The notes: generated by a model from the letters alone, not told the origin. 64,000 nucleotides of DNA from Methanoregula sp. (GCA_039698055.1 JBDKTL010000030.1:32001-96000); one strand, 5' to 3'; counted from the first letter of the stretch, positions 18,376-28,387 are shown. Translations and numbers: made by a program.

Positions 18376-18819
18376 TACGCATCCATAACCTGTGACCGCA
18401 GCTGACGTACGGTAATCTAGGCGTATCAGATTGCGGGTATGTATGCTTTGTGGGGTACTGAAAAAACATCCGTGCAATGGATCCCTGCGATAATGCAGAC
18501 GGTGTCAGCTATATTTCCAGATCATCGTGGAGCAGATCAAAAGCCGGTTTGTTGCGGAAAATATACCGGTACAGGATCCTCTTCAGTGCGAAGAACCAGT
18601 CTTTCCACACACGCGTACACATTCTGTTAAATGGCGAAGTTGCCGCCCCAGGCCAGAGCATTCATCAGAGGGTCTTCCCATGAGGGATTGACACCGGATG
18701 AAATGGTGAGATTACTGAAATCATACCGGGCCAATAGCCTGCAATTCCCGCACCCTGCTATCCTGATTGCTGTGTTCAGGATCTCGTAAAAAAAATGGTG
18801 CGGGATATCCGGATCCCGG

Positions 18820-19020
18820 CTATCGGCCGGAGCCACTTTGCAATCCTGATATTCCGGCATTATTCCACGATTTGCTCTCTTTTTCCTTCATCCAGCATTC
18901 ATAGTGGTAGATCCTGTTGTCTGTCCAGACCGTATCTTCGTAAATGTGCAGCAGTTGTCCGCACCGGTGACAGACCTTACGTATCCATGTTATAGGGATA
19001 ATTTTCTTCATCATCATCAC
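18820..19020 (-). CDS. Small protein with CxxC...HxxC (half-LIM-like) motif
   Basis: CHRCG..L...HYECW; follows 19033-19371 on the same strand. Confidence 0.45.
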   Translation of the reverse strand: MMMMKKIIPITWIRKVCHRCGQLLHIYEDTVWTDNRIYHYECWMKEKESKSWNNAGISGLQSGSGR

Positions 19021-19032
19021 CGATTTTCCGCT

Positions 19033-19371
19033 CTAATGCACCGGATAAAGATTTTTCAATCGTGTGTATTCATGGATTACACAATCCGGAGTAGTGCACC
19101 TCCAGAGTTTTCTCTCACCGGGTCCTGCAATCAGGACCATCGGCTTGCGACATTCACAGCAGAAGACCTTTCTCATGGATTCCTTCAGGGTATTTCCCTC
19201 GCGCTGGATTATATCGAAAAGACAGGCGATTCCCAGCCTGTCAGGCAAAGGAATGATTGCAGGACATCCGATACAATCGCATGCATCAGCACAATCCGGC
19301 CTGGCCTTGGCTGCGAGCGTTCTGATATCTTGAACTGCAAGGTAGATCTTCTCCATTTTTTTATCGCTCAT
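19033..19371 (-). CDS. Small Cys-rich hypothetical protein
   Basis: GGAGG RBS; CDCIGC, CCECRKPM...W.CTTPDC zinc-ribbon pattern. Confidence 0.55.
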   Translation of the reverse strand: MSDKKMEKIYLAVQDIRTLAAKARPDCADACDCIGCPAIIPLPDRLGIACLFDIIQREGNTLKESMRKVFCCECRKPMVLIAGPGERKLWRCTTPDCVIHEYTRLKNLYPVH

Positions 19372-19480
19372 CAAATCCTCCATCTGACGAAATTTCAGAT
19401 ACCATTTCCAATTCCTGTGTTTTTCATTCAACCGGGAACATCGGATCCGCCATCACCATAGCCGATGAAAACCATCATTA

Positions 19481-19576
19481 TTAGAACAACGATCCGGCCA
19501 TAATCATGACGAGAATCCAGATAATCAGGAGAGCCACAAGCCCCCAGAATACCTGATCCACCGTATAATATTCCAA
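19481..19576 (-). CDS. 31-aa single-TM microprotein (not in ORF track)
   Basis: AGGTGA RBS, TTG start, MEYYTVDQVFWGLVALLIIWILVMIMAGSLF*. Confidence 0.45.
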   Translation of the reverse strand: MEYYTVDQVFWGLVALLIIWILVMIMAGSLF

Positions 19577-19748
19577 GCCTGGTCACCTGCCATTATTACC
19601 CTGTTTTCATTCTCCGGTACGGGTTTCATTATATGTCCCGGAGGATACCCGGAACCGACCGCGTTGTCCAGTCCTTTCACCTGAATCCAGAAATTGATGA
19701 GACCGGTTTTTCCTGACCGGTCATCGTATTTTTTTTAATCAATGCGCA

Positions 19749-19976
19749 TCAGTACGTCCGTCGTGATGATCGTGTATTCTGGCGTTGCAATAATTGGATG
19801 AACTGTTGGTTCCGCGGACATTCATACGGATTCACACCCTGTTCCGGGTTCCATTTCCCTTCCATCGGGTTGAATCGTGCCGGGCACGATACTTCTTCAA
19901 CGATCGGCGAATGAATTCCCGGCACCATTCTAATTATTTTGTGTTCGCAATCTCTGCAAAACGAATGAATACTCAT
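19749..19976 (-). CDS. Small Cys-rich hypothetical protein
   Basis: MSIHSFCRDC...SCPARFNP...ECPRN. Confidence 0.55.
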   Translation of the reverse strand: MSIHSFCRDCEHKIIRMVPGIHSPIVEEVSCPARFNPMEGKWNPEQGVNPYECPRNQQFIQLLQRQNTRSSRRTY

Positions 19977-20351
19977 GGTTTTTGTTTCCTGTTTTGAATA
20001 AACATCAGATGTAACCTGACGTGCCGTCCGGGCGATGTTCTCTGAATGCAGAATAACGCCCTGTGCAAGCATTACCGGATGAAAAAAGATGATGGGGGAT
20101 TGAGGTGTTACTGCTGTATCAGTTGGGGCTTGATGAATTTGATGAATTGAAGGAATTATTCGATGTGTAATCATCTTCTGAATGCATCCGGCTTGAGCCA
20201 TTACACAAAGGAATACACCAATTCATCGCATCACTCCTGTACACATATTTGTCGTATGATAATAAGTAGTTTAAGGTGTTCCCTACGGGGATAATTGAAC
20301 TTCAGTTACCTTTACCAGTCTGATATTATTTGAGACCATACGGATTCCGGA

Positions 20352-20954
20352 TTATTTTTTCCTGCCCGTACCCGCCAGCGTATGAATCATCCCGGTGAAC
20401 GAATCGCGGCTCCGGTGCCGGAAGACTCCTTCGTTCACGTACCGGACATCCTCAATTGAGAAGAACGCCCGTGGATTGATCCTCTCAATACCCAGAGTAA
20501 TCCGGGAAAGCTCCGACCGGTTCACGAGTGAGAGGATCATGGTGACGGTTCCCCGCGATCCCCGGGCATCGAGACAGGTAACCCCGTGATTCTCTGACTG
20601 GAGGTATGCGGTGATCGCGTCACAGGATTCATCAGTTGTCACGATACGCAGGATCACCATGCCGAGGGACAACTTCTCCTCGACAACGAGCCCGACATAC
20701 GTTCCAGCTGCAAATCCCAGCGCGTATGCGAGGAAGTTTGCAATATTGGCAAGGTCTTTCATCACGACCTCGACTGCCAGAAGCCAGATCACGATCTCAA
20801 AGAACGCGATCGCGGCGGCAAGGACACGGATGCCCTTGGATATGAAGACGATTCGTACCGTCTCCAACGTAACATCACAGACACGGGCCAGAAAGATCAG
20901 CAGGGGAAGGATCACCCATGCATAGAGTTCGGGACTTATTAAGAGAAATGCCAT
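20352..20954 (-). CDS. UPF0316 (DUF5698/DUF2179) membrane protein, paralogue 2
   Basis: LARVCDVTLETVR, FFEIVIWL, AYALGFAAGTYVG, GVT...ARG, P.AF.SIEDVR. Confidence 0.88.
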   Translation of the reverse strand: MAFLLISPELYAWVILPLLIFLARVCDVTLETVRIVFISKGIRVLAAAIAFFEIVIWLLAVEVVMKDLANIANFLAYALGFAAGTYVGLVVEEKLSLGMVILRIVTTDESCDAITAYLQSENHGVTCLDARGSRGTVTMILSLVNRSELSRITLGIERINPRAFFSIEDVRYVNEGVFRHRSRDSFTGMIHTLAGTGRKK

Positions 20955-21132
20955 TCACTCGCCTAAAGGTGTCATCCATTTCAGGACGATAATCATAGGA
21001 TGCTGTCTCTTCCCATATCAACATTCTCAGGCAGGACACGGCAGATTATATGGAAGAGAACCAACAATAATACAAGATACTTTTCATGGAACACTCTGCC
21101 AGCCACGACAGCACAGACAGAACGTATGCGTA

Positions 21133-22677
21133 ATGAACCTGCTCCCCCCGTCACAGGAACTCACGCCGGAAGAGGTTGAGCACGGCTTATCCAACATCAT
21201 TTATGATGGCCTGACAACGCATGCATTCGTCACGCTCACGAGCGGCATTTTCCTGATCGCATTCGCTCTTGAGCTCGGAGCATCCAACATTGTAATCGGC
21301 CTTCTTGCAGCAATCCCGGCACTTACGGAGCTTATCCAGATCCCGGCAGTCGGATTAATCGAACGTGTCCGGAACCGTCGCCTCATAACCGTTGTTTCCT
21401 CTTTCCTGTCCCGGGGATTATGGCTCGTTATCGCTCTCATACCGTTCCTGTTCTCAAAACAGGCCGGGATTTATTGCCTGATCATCCTTCTGATCCTGTA
21501 CTGTTGCATCTCATCCGTCAAGCACTGCGGCTGGAAGTCCTGGATGCGGGACCTGATACCGGATGAGATCCTCGGGATGTTCTTCTCGCGGAGGATGGCA
21601 CTTTCCTTTGCGCTTGCAATCATTCTCTCCCTCTGCGCCAGTTTCTTTCTTGATGTCTGGCAGAGCGACAGCATGAGGGAGCCATCCTACGGCTACTCAA
21701 TGATCTTCCTGGCAGGGAGTCTCATCGGCCTTGCGGGTACCTGTTACCTGATACGGACCCCCGAGCCGCAGATGACCCGGCAATTCAGTGCTCCGCTTAC
21801 CAGCCGGTTTCCCGTCTGGTTTGCCGATACGAACTTCCGCAACCTGATAATCTTCCTCAGCCTGTGGAGTTTTGCGGTCAACCTGGCAGCGCCGTTCGTC
21901 ACGGTCTATCTCCTGAAACGGCTCTCGCTCGATATTACTATCGTAATTTTACTGTCCATTGTCAGCCAGGTATGCAGCATCGTCTCGCTTCCGCTCTGGG
22001 GATCCATCGCCGACCGGTTCAGCAACAAATCCGTGCTCCATGTTGCCGGCCCGCTCTTCCTGCTCTGTTTCCTTGCGCTCACCTTCACAAACCTGCCCGA
22101 TCCGCATGCCTTCACGATGCCGCTTCTTGTCATCGTCCATATCACCATGGGAGTGTCAATGGCCGGTGTCACGCTTGCCGCCGGCAACATCGGCCTGAAA
22201 CTGGCCCCGAAGGGATCGGCAACATCCTACCTTGCAGGCATCAGCATCTTCACGGCACTCACCGCAGGAATTGCTCCTGTCATCGGCGGGTTTTTTGTCG
22301 ACCATCTTGCCGAATGCGAACTGACATGGAACCTGATCTGGAAGAGCCCCGGCATCCAGTTCACCATCCCGACGCTCTACCTGATCCACTGGGATTACTT
22401 CTTTGTCTTTGCCTTCCTGATCGGGCTGTACTCTCTCCACCGGCTCTCGTACGTCCAGGAGCAGGGTGAGGTGGACGAGCCGATCTTCATCCCCTCGCTC
22501 ATCGCCTATGGCAAGGATATGCGGAACTTCTCGACTGCCGGCGGCATCCGGAACCTTCTCCGCTTCCCGGTGAACGGCATCGACATCCAGTCCGACAATA
22601 CCTCGCGGGAATGCCGGCTGGCACGGGAGGCACCGCAGTTATCAGAACAAAAAAAACATACGAGGGAGGGACGGTAG
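21133..22677 (+). CDS. MFS transporter
   Basis: About 12 TM helices; WGSIADRFSNK MFS loop motif. Confidence 0.85.
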   Translation: MNLLPPSQELTPEEVEHGLSNIIYDGLTTHAFVTLTSGIFLIAFALELGASNIVIGLLAAIPALTELIQIPAVGLIERVRNRRLITVVSSFLSRGLWLVIALIPFLFSKQAGIYCLIILLILYCCISSVKHCGWKSWMRDLIPDEILGMFFSRRMALSFALAIILSLCASFFLDVWQSDSMREPSYGYSMIFLAGSLIGLAGTCYLIRTPEPQMTRQFSAPLTSRFPVWFADTNFRNLIIFLSLWSFAVNLAAPFVTVYLLKRLSLDITIVILLSIVSQVCSIVSLPLWGSIADRFSNKSVLHVAGPLFLLCFLALTFTNLPDPHAFTMPLLVIVHITMGVSMAGVTLAAGNIGLKLAPKGSATSYLAGISIFTALTAGIAPVIGGFFVDHLAECELTWNLIWKSPGIQFTIPTLYLIHWDYFFVFAFLIGLYSLHRLSYVQEQGEVDEPIFIPSLIAYGKDMRNFSTAGGIRNLLRFPVNGIDIQSDNTSRECRLAREAPQLSEQKKHTREGR

Positions 22678-22762
22678 GTCTCCCATTCTTTGGTTCCTTA
22701 TGATATGCCTTTTATAGTGCCGTGGTGTTATACACAATAAGCGCTGGCAAACATCAGTTCCG

Positions 22763-24292
22763 ATGCCCATGATCCCAAGAATTTCCATTCTCTATGTTGA
22801 TGATGAACCGGCTCTCCTTGAGCTGGGCAGAATATTCCTTGAAAAGAACGAAACATTCAGGGTTCAGACAAGCACATCGGTCAATGATGCCACAGCCCTG
22901 CTTGCTGTAAACCAGTATGATGTTGTAGTCTCTGATTACCAGATGCCGGAACGGGACGGGATCGAGTTTCTCAAATATGTGCGGGCTAATCACGGGGGTC
23001 TCCCCTTCATCCTCTTCACCGGCAGGGGCCGGGAAGAAGTGGTTATCGAAGCGATCAATAATGGTGCGGATTTCTACCTCCAGAAAGGTGGCGACCCGGT
23101 CCCGCAGTTCGCCGAGTTGTCGCAGAAGATCAGGATGGCCGTTGAGAAACGAAAGACCAGTGAGATGCTCAGGAGACAGACGGTCGTGCTGGGAGAGCGG
23201 GTGAAGGAGCTGAACTGCCTGTACCGCCTCGCAGAAGCAATCAATACCCACGGGATCACCCTTGATACGATGTTACAGGACTGTGTCAACCTCATCCCCT
23301 CCGGTTACCAGTACCCGGATTGTACGTGCGTCCGTGTGGTGTTCCACGACCGGGAATACACGACACCGGGTTTTTCTAAATCAGTCTGGAACCAGAACGC
23401 ACTCATCTTCCTTGGCGGTGCCTGTGCAGGTACTATCGAGGTCTCCTATACTGGCAGACTGGCGGAACGGGTGAACGATGCGTTCCTGGCCGAAGAGAAT
23501 TCCCTCCTGAACGGCGTCGTGAAGATCCTTGAAAACAGTATTGCCCGTAAGATTGCGGAAGACAACATTCGGGATTTCTATGAGAACCGGGAGAATCCGA
23601 TACAAAAAGATGTGCCAGGGCAGATTTCAGCTGGCGGAAACCTTCAGCGTACTGGGATGGAGGAGGACCTGCGGAAATCCCGGGAACAGAAAGAGGTGCT
23701 GCTCCGTGAGGTCCAGCAGCGCGTGAAAAACAACCTGCGTGCAGTTCACGATCTTCTTGCGCTCCAGCAAAAATATATCCGGGACGAGAAGGTTCTCAAG
23801 ACACTTCATGAAAGCCAGAACCGGATCCGGGCGATGGCGCTTGTCCACGAGATCCTCTACCAGACTCCGGAGATCACGAATATTGATCTTGCGCTGTATG
23901 TCAATACACTCGGGAAAAACCTGTTCGATTTCTATAAAATCAAAGGGTCACGGATCACCCTGCGAACGGATATACCGGGGATATGTATCGGGGTAAACTC
24001 GGCTATTCCCATCGGCCTGATCATGAATGAGCTGATCTCGAATGCCCTCAAGCATGCGTTTCCCGGGAACTCCTGCGGGGAGATCTTCATCAGGGTCCGG
24101 AAAAAGGACCGGTCCATCTCGCTCCTCGTCCGTGACACCGGTGCAGGAATGCCCCGGGACCTGAACTGGCGCGATTCAAAATCGCTGGGGTTACGCATGG
24201 TCTTCTCGCTGGTGGAACAGATGAATGGTACTATCGGCCTTGACCGGAGCAGGGGGACTGAGTTCTCCATGGTCCTGGAAGAGCGGAAATGA
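22763..24292 (+). CDS. Hybrid receiver / HisKA_2-type histidine kinase-like protein lacking the H-box His
   Basis: Receiver (LYVDDE, SDYQMP, FTGRG, YLQK); H-box EVQQRVKNNL; NELISNALKHAF, DTGAG, SLGL. Confidence 0.85.
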   Translation: MPMIPRISILYVDDEPALLELGRIFLEKNETFRVQTSTSVNDATALLAVNQYDVVVSDYQMPERDGIEFLKYVRANHGGLPFILFTGRGREEVVIEAINNGADFYLQKGGDPVPQFAELSQKIRMAVEKRKTSEMLRRQTVVLGERVKELNCLYRLAEAINTHGITLDTMLQDCVNLIPSGYQYPDCTCVRVVFHDREYTTPGFSKSVWNQNALIFLGGACAGTIEVSYTGRLAERVNDAFLAEENSLLNGVVKILENSIARKIAEDNIRDFYENRENPIQKDVPGQISAGGNLQRTGMEEDLRKSREQKEVLLREVQQRVKNNLRAVHDLLALQQKYIRDEKVLKTLHESQNRIRAMALVHEILYQTPEITNIDLALYVNTLGKNLFDFYKIKGSRITLRTDIPGICIGVNSAIPIGLIMNELISNALKHAFPGNSCGEIFIRVRKKDRSISLLVRDTGAGMPRDLNWRDSKSLGLRMVFSLVEQMNGTIGLDRSRGTEFSMVLEERK

Positions 24293-24465
24293 CATGTATC
24301 ATCTGGTTTTTACAATGAGGATCTCAAGAAGGAACGGAGGATTCTGGGGAGAACAAAAGAGGAGGCCAGAAAGAGATCCGACCGGATAAGGAATGGGGAT
24401 GATACGGAAACAGAGGGTGAAGAAAAAGGATTAAGAAAGCACCGGATTACGGCCCGACAATTTAA

Positions 24466-24686
24466 TCGAGTCGCCGCACGTCTGCATATGCCCGATCAAC
24501 AGCGACGAGCATTCCGCAGGAGCGGTATGCAAGGAGCGGGCCCTAGCAGCCGCTGGCGCCGGAGCAACGCGACAAGCCCGGGGCATCAATCCTACCAACA
24601 AACAGGGCAACTCCGGAAAACAGCGAGGTGATGTGAGCGGAACGGGTGATACGCCCGTTGAGACGAACATGACGGAAGCGTCTGCG
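24466..24686 (+). repeat. Dispersed structured repeat, fragment C (homologue of ~9060-9268)
   Basis: GCCCGATCAACAGCGACGA, GCAGCCGCTGGCGCCGGAGC, ATCCTACCAACA and AAAACAGCGAGGTGATGTGA are shared with copy A. Confidence 0.9.
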
Positions 24687-24757
24687 TGGTATCGTTAACA
24701 AAAAAAATTGTGGGAATTCAGATCACAATAATTATGAATTAGAAGGGAATTCTCCGG

Positions 24758-25522
24758 TCACTTCTTCAGGCTCTTCAAAACAAGGTTGGCCGCCTGCTCA
24801 CCGGACAACAGCATTCCCCCAAAGACCGCTCCCATCCGGCTCTCTCCCCCGACGGCATTGGCTGCCATACCGGCAACAAAAAGTCCGGGGAACACCTCCT
24901 TAGTATGCTGGAGAATATGGGATTCGGCTCGGTCAGCCCACATGAAACTCTCGCCTTTTACCTGAAGGTTCCCACCCTTCTTTTCCACAAGCCTCGCAAC
25001 AACCGAGTCATGACCGGTTGCATCGACTGTATAGCTGCAACGCATGACAAGAGGATCGACATGGAGTTTTCCCATCTCAACGGCAGTCCAGTTGATCACG
25101 AGCCCGCTGATCCGCCCGTCTGCCTTGATCATGACATCCTCCACGGACGTGAGATTGAAGAATTCAGCTCCCGCATCACAGGCAGCAGCGGTAAGTTTGG
25201 AGACAGCTTCGACTGACTTGGCGACATAATATCCCTCTTCGTAAACAGCGGAGCGGATGTGAAACCGGTCAAGCAGGCGGCGTGCCTCTTCCTGCACGAC
25301 AATCCGGGGAAACATCATCCCGCCACCCCACATTCCGCCGCCGACTGAGAGTTTCTTCTCGATAATGCCGACCTTGATGCCTTTTTCAGCGATCAGTGCA
25401 GCGCAGGTAAGTCCGGCCGGCCCGGCTCCCACGACAGCCACATCCAGTTCCATATAATCGATCAGGGTATTCATCTGGGTTGAGAGAATCGCCCTGCTGA
25501 TGGTAATTTCATTGAGTTCCAT
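24758..25522 (-). CDS. thi4: Sulfide-dependent adenosine diphosphate thiazole synthase
   Basis: VGAGPAGL, GGGMWGGGM, LHVDP (His, non-suicidal type), DATGHD, RMGAVFGGMLLSG. Confidence 0.93.
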   Translation of the reverse strand: MELNEITISRAILSTQMNTLIDYMELDVAVVGAGPAGLTCAALIAEKGIKVGIIEKKLSVGGGMWGGGMMFPRIVVQEEARRLLDRFHIRSAVYEEGYYVAKSVEAVSKLTAAACDAGAEFFNLTSVEDVMIKADGRISGLVINWTAVEMGKLHVDPLVMRCSYTVDATGHDSVVARLVEKKGGNLQVKGESFMWADRAESHILQHTKEVFPGLFVAGMAANAVGGESRMGAVFGGMLLSGEQAANLVLKSLKK

Positions 25523-25591
25523 GGTAATTGCCTTCACAGTATATTATTCAGAATACTATTACAACGTTAGGAATCGGGGTAAGGAAAAGAG

Positions 25592-26191
25592 TTATTTCTG
25601 TGATTGTGCATAGTCCCGTGCAATCCCGCATACATCTCGTGCAACACCCATCGGTTCATCCCCCACGATAATACAGACCGGCTCTTTTCCCATTCCTCCG
25701 GCATCGCAGATAATTTTCGGCACTCTCCCACCGGCGGCCCGAACCGATTCTGCCGCCTTCCACTGCATCGATAACCCCTCTGCAATCCTGAGTTCGGCAG
25801 GTTCAATCCTCCGGTCAATCATGACAGATGCCCAGCCTTGCTGTATGCAATAGTCTGACAGCCAGTCTGAAAATCCGGGAGGATTTGCAAAATCGATCCC
25901 GGCCCGGACGGTCGGATCGGTCTTCATGAGTTCGATGATGAACCGGGCCATATGGCCCGATGCACCGAACCGGACTCTCCCGGCAGCCCGTGGCATACCG
26001 TTGATGATGGTGATCCGGCCATCTACGGCCAGGACTTCATCGGGAGTTTTTGCATACGGGTGTGCAAATACCATATTGGTCCTGACTTCCGGTATGAGAG
26101 CGGTAAATTCCCTGCATGCTTCAACCTTCTCAAGGGCAATCGTCATCCGTCCGAACATGTCGATCTCTGTGGTGGGGTCAGGTTGTTTCAT
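25592..26191 (-). CDS. thiN: ThiN-type thiamine-phosphate synthase domain protein
   Basis: LIPEVRTN, AVDGRI, FGASGHMAR, D.GG.GKEP. Confidence 0.88.
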   Translation of the reverse strand: MKQPDPTTEIDMFGRMTIALEKVEACREFTALIPEVRTNMVFAHPYAKTPDEVLAVDGRITIINGMPRAAGRVRFGASGHMARFIIELMKTDPTVRAGIDFANPPGFSDWLSDYCIQQGWASVMIDRRIEPAELRIAEGLSMQWKAAESVRAAGGRVPKIICDAGGMGKEPVCIIVGDEPMGVARDVCGIARDYAQSQK

Positions 26192-26250
26192 GGTCCTCCT
26201 CTGTTCATCTGAATTATGTGATGGGAAGGATTATTGGTTCTCTGGTCATG

Positions 26251-26358
26251 TGACCGAGCGTCTTCATCTTCCCTGATCAGCTGAGGGTAGATCGCCGCCC
26301 CGCTCCGCACGCTTCGTGCACCTGCGGCGCACTCGCACGTGCTACCCGGGCCGGCTTG
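26251..26358 (+). repeat. Dispersed structured repeat, fragment E (homologue of ~9256-9362)
   Basis: TGACCGAGCGTCTTCAT, GATCGCCGCCCC and TTCGTGCACCTGCGGCGCACTCGCA are shared with copy A. Confidence 0.88.
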
Positions 26359-26426
26359 AATCTGACCAGAATGGCTTTAATGTTATAATAAAAAGCAAAT
26401 TGAAGCAATCCGGAAACGGGTGACCG

Positions 26427-26798
26427 ATGAAAGAGCAAACCATTCAGTTATTCACCGAGAAGGAAGAAGAATTTGTCAACCTTCTCATTGAGATCGGCAC
26501 AAAGAAGACCGTTGCACAAATGCTGGTATTTCTTGCAAATACTCCGACAGCAACATCACGGGATCTCGAACGCGGGACGGACCTGCGCCAGCCCGAAGTA
26601 AGCATAGCGATAAAATATCTGTCCGGGCAAGGCTGGATCAAAAGTGGTGAGGCCCCGTCCCAGCATAAAGGACGGCCACAGAAAATCTATTCCCTCGCTG
26701 TACCAATCAAACAAATTATTGCAGCCATTGAAAAAGCAAAGAAAGACGAGGCCACCGAACGTCTTGTTCTCGTTAAGAAAATACGAGATTATATCTGA
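26427..26798 (+). CDS. Winged-HTH transcriptional regulator (MarR/ArsR-like)
   Basis: ATSRDLERGTDLRQPEVSIA..L...GWI, KGRP.KIY.L. Confidence 0.85.
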   Translation: MKEQTIQLFTEKEEEFVNLLIEIGTKKTVAQMLVFLANTPTATSRDLERGTDLRQPEVSIAIKYLSGQGWIKSGEAPSQHKGRPQKIYSLAVPIKQIIAAIEKAKKDEATERLVLVKKIRDYI

Positions 26799-27151
26799 AT
26801 ATCCCAAAAATCCCGATTTTTGAAACCTCCGTCGGAGAAAAAGACCTTCATATTCGCGTTCTGGTGACCGTTTTGGGGCCCGGATAGGGTAAACTAGGTG
26901 GCAAAACCCGGCACGATTTAAGGGCCTTTGGTGGCTGTTATACGAGGCACAAATCAGCCGTATTTTGGCAAACGGGGCAATTATAGGGCATATTCTCCAC
27001 AGGAACTGAAAATATGGATAATCCGAGGTTTTCCGGTAGTGGCCCGGAGACGGGGGCAGGAAACGGAGCCCGTATAGGGCTTATTTCCCCTCAGGGTCCG
27101 GATCCCTCCATTTCAGGTCCTTCCGACGTGGATAAAAAGGGGAAAACTGGT

Positions 27152-27736
27152 TTACCCGCCCATTCCCGTAATCAATCCGACAATCTGCTGAGCTATCACC
27201 GGGTCCAGGACCTGAGCCAGCACCAGCCCGGCCATCGAAATGAAGAAGGTCCAGAAGACTTTCTTCACCTGCTCGTTCTTCCCGAACGCCTCGATCGCGG
27301 CGTCCGTGTCCGCCTTCATGGCTTGCTGGATAAGCTTCGGCAGGAACACGAAGAGCGGCAGGAAAAGAACCGCAGCCCCGATGAACGCGAGCGTGATTTC
27401 TGCCCGGCCCGCCATATAGATCCCGACCGGGACTGCAAACACCCCGGCCAGGATCGCGGCCATCCCGACCTCGCCGAACCAGAAGTAATGCCGCTTTTCA
27501 GCGTAGTTCAATCGCTCTGCATCCGTGAGTGAGGAGAGATCGAAGATGCCGATGGTGTTCAGCATCCCGTACCAGACTGCGTGCGTCTCCTCCGGGTCGG
27601 CAACGATGCCGAGGAAGAGGATTGCGACCGGCACCATGAGCAGGATGGGCGGCAGGTGCGCGAAGAGAAAAATGAGCGCGAGCAGGAGCCCGGTACCGCA
27701 GATGGCGGCCCGGGTCTGCACCTCGTTCTCAAACAT
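27152..27736 (-). CDS. Hypothetical multi-TM membrane protein (module gene 4)
   Basis: GGAGG RBS; about 5 hydrophobic segments; overlaps the upstream stop. Confidence 0.7.
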   Translation of the reverse strand: MFENEVQTRAAICGTGLLLALIFLFAHLPPILLMVPVAILFLGIVADPEETHAVWYGMLNTIGIFDLSSLTDAERLNYAEKRHYFWFGEVGMAAILAGVFAVPVGIYMAGRAEITLAFIGAAVLFLPLFVFLPKLIQQAMKADTDAAIEAFGKNEQVKKVFWTFFISMAGLVLAQVLDPVIAQQIVGLITGMGG

Positions 27737-28202
27737 CGCGGTCCTCCGCGATCCTGATCTCAAAGACCGGGCTGGTATATCCACCATTTGCCGGGCTGAA
27801 GTCCCGGACCCGGCCCATCTGCGCAAACTTGCGCCGGCCCGTGCGGATCTGGACTGTATGAATGCCCGGGGCCCGGGGGAACACCCGCCGCCCGTCCACA
27901 TCCCGCATGTCCATATACGGCGGGATGTCGAACCAGTCCGGCCAGAACCGGACCCCTCGCGGGATATCCGTTCCCCGGTACAGATCCTGCAAGCGCAGGG
28001 GCGACATGTTGTCGTAGATCACATCGATGATCAGGTTCTCATCATCCTGCTCCGGATGCAGGTCCAGCTCATAGAAAATCGGATTGCGCCGCACCTCGTC
28101 GCGGGTGAGCGGTTTATCCGGTGTGAGCGGTTCAAGACCGCCAAACTTTCCGCGATACAGGCCGGTCACTGTTGCGACCGGCTGCACGTTCTCATAAACC
28201 AT
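27729..28202 (-). CDS. Hypothetical soluble protein (module gene 3)
   Basis: AGGAGGAG RBS, MVYENVQPVAT start; 157 aa, beta/Pro-rich. Confidence 0.7.
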   Translation of the reverse strand: MVYENVQPVATVTGLYRGKFGGLEPLTPDKPLTRDEVRRNPIFYELDLHPEQDDENLIIDVIYDNMSPLRLQDLYRGTDIPRGVRFWPDWFDIPPYMDMRDVDGRRVFPRAPGIHTVQIRTGRRKFAQMGRVRDFSPANGGYTSPVFEIRIAEDRDV

Positions 28203-28356
28203 GATACTCCTCCTTGTAGCATTCGTGCTCGTCCCGGAGTTTCTTGAACTCCTCGACAATCTCATCATATTTGCCGATCTTCTGGTAGATGGCAAACAAC
28301 ATGGGATAGAGCGGAAGCACAGTTGCAAGCACTATCCCTAAAACTTCAATTTCCAT
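28192..28356 (-). CDS. Small single-TM + coiled-coil protein (module gene 2)
   Basis: GGAGG RBS; MEIEVLGIVLATVLPLYPMLFAIY followed by a charged helix. Confidence 0.65.
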   Translation of the reverse strand: MEIEVLGIVLATVLPLYPMLFAIYQKIGKYDEIVEEFKKLRDEHECYKEEYHGL

Positions 28357-28387
28357 GGCGGTCCTCCGCAAAAGTGACGAGAGGACC

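Noticed and set aside
20281-20289. CCCTACGGG match to the tRNA variable arm as a possible att site
   Set aside because: Only 9 bp and the flanks do not match.
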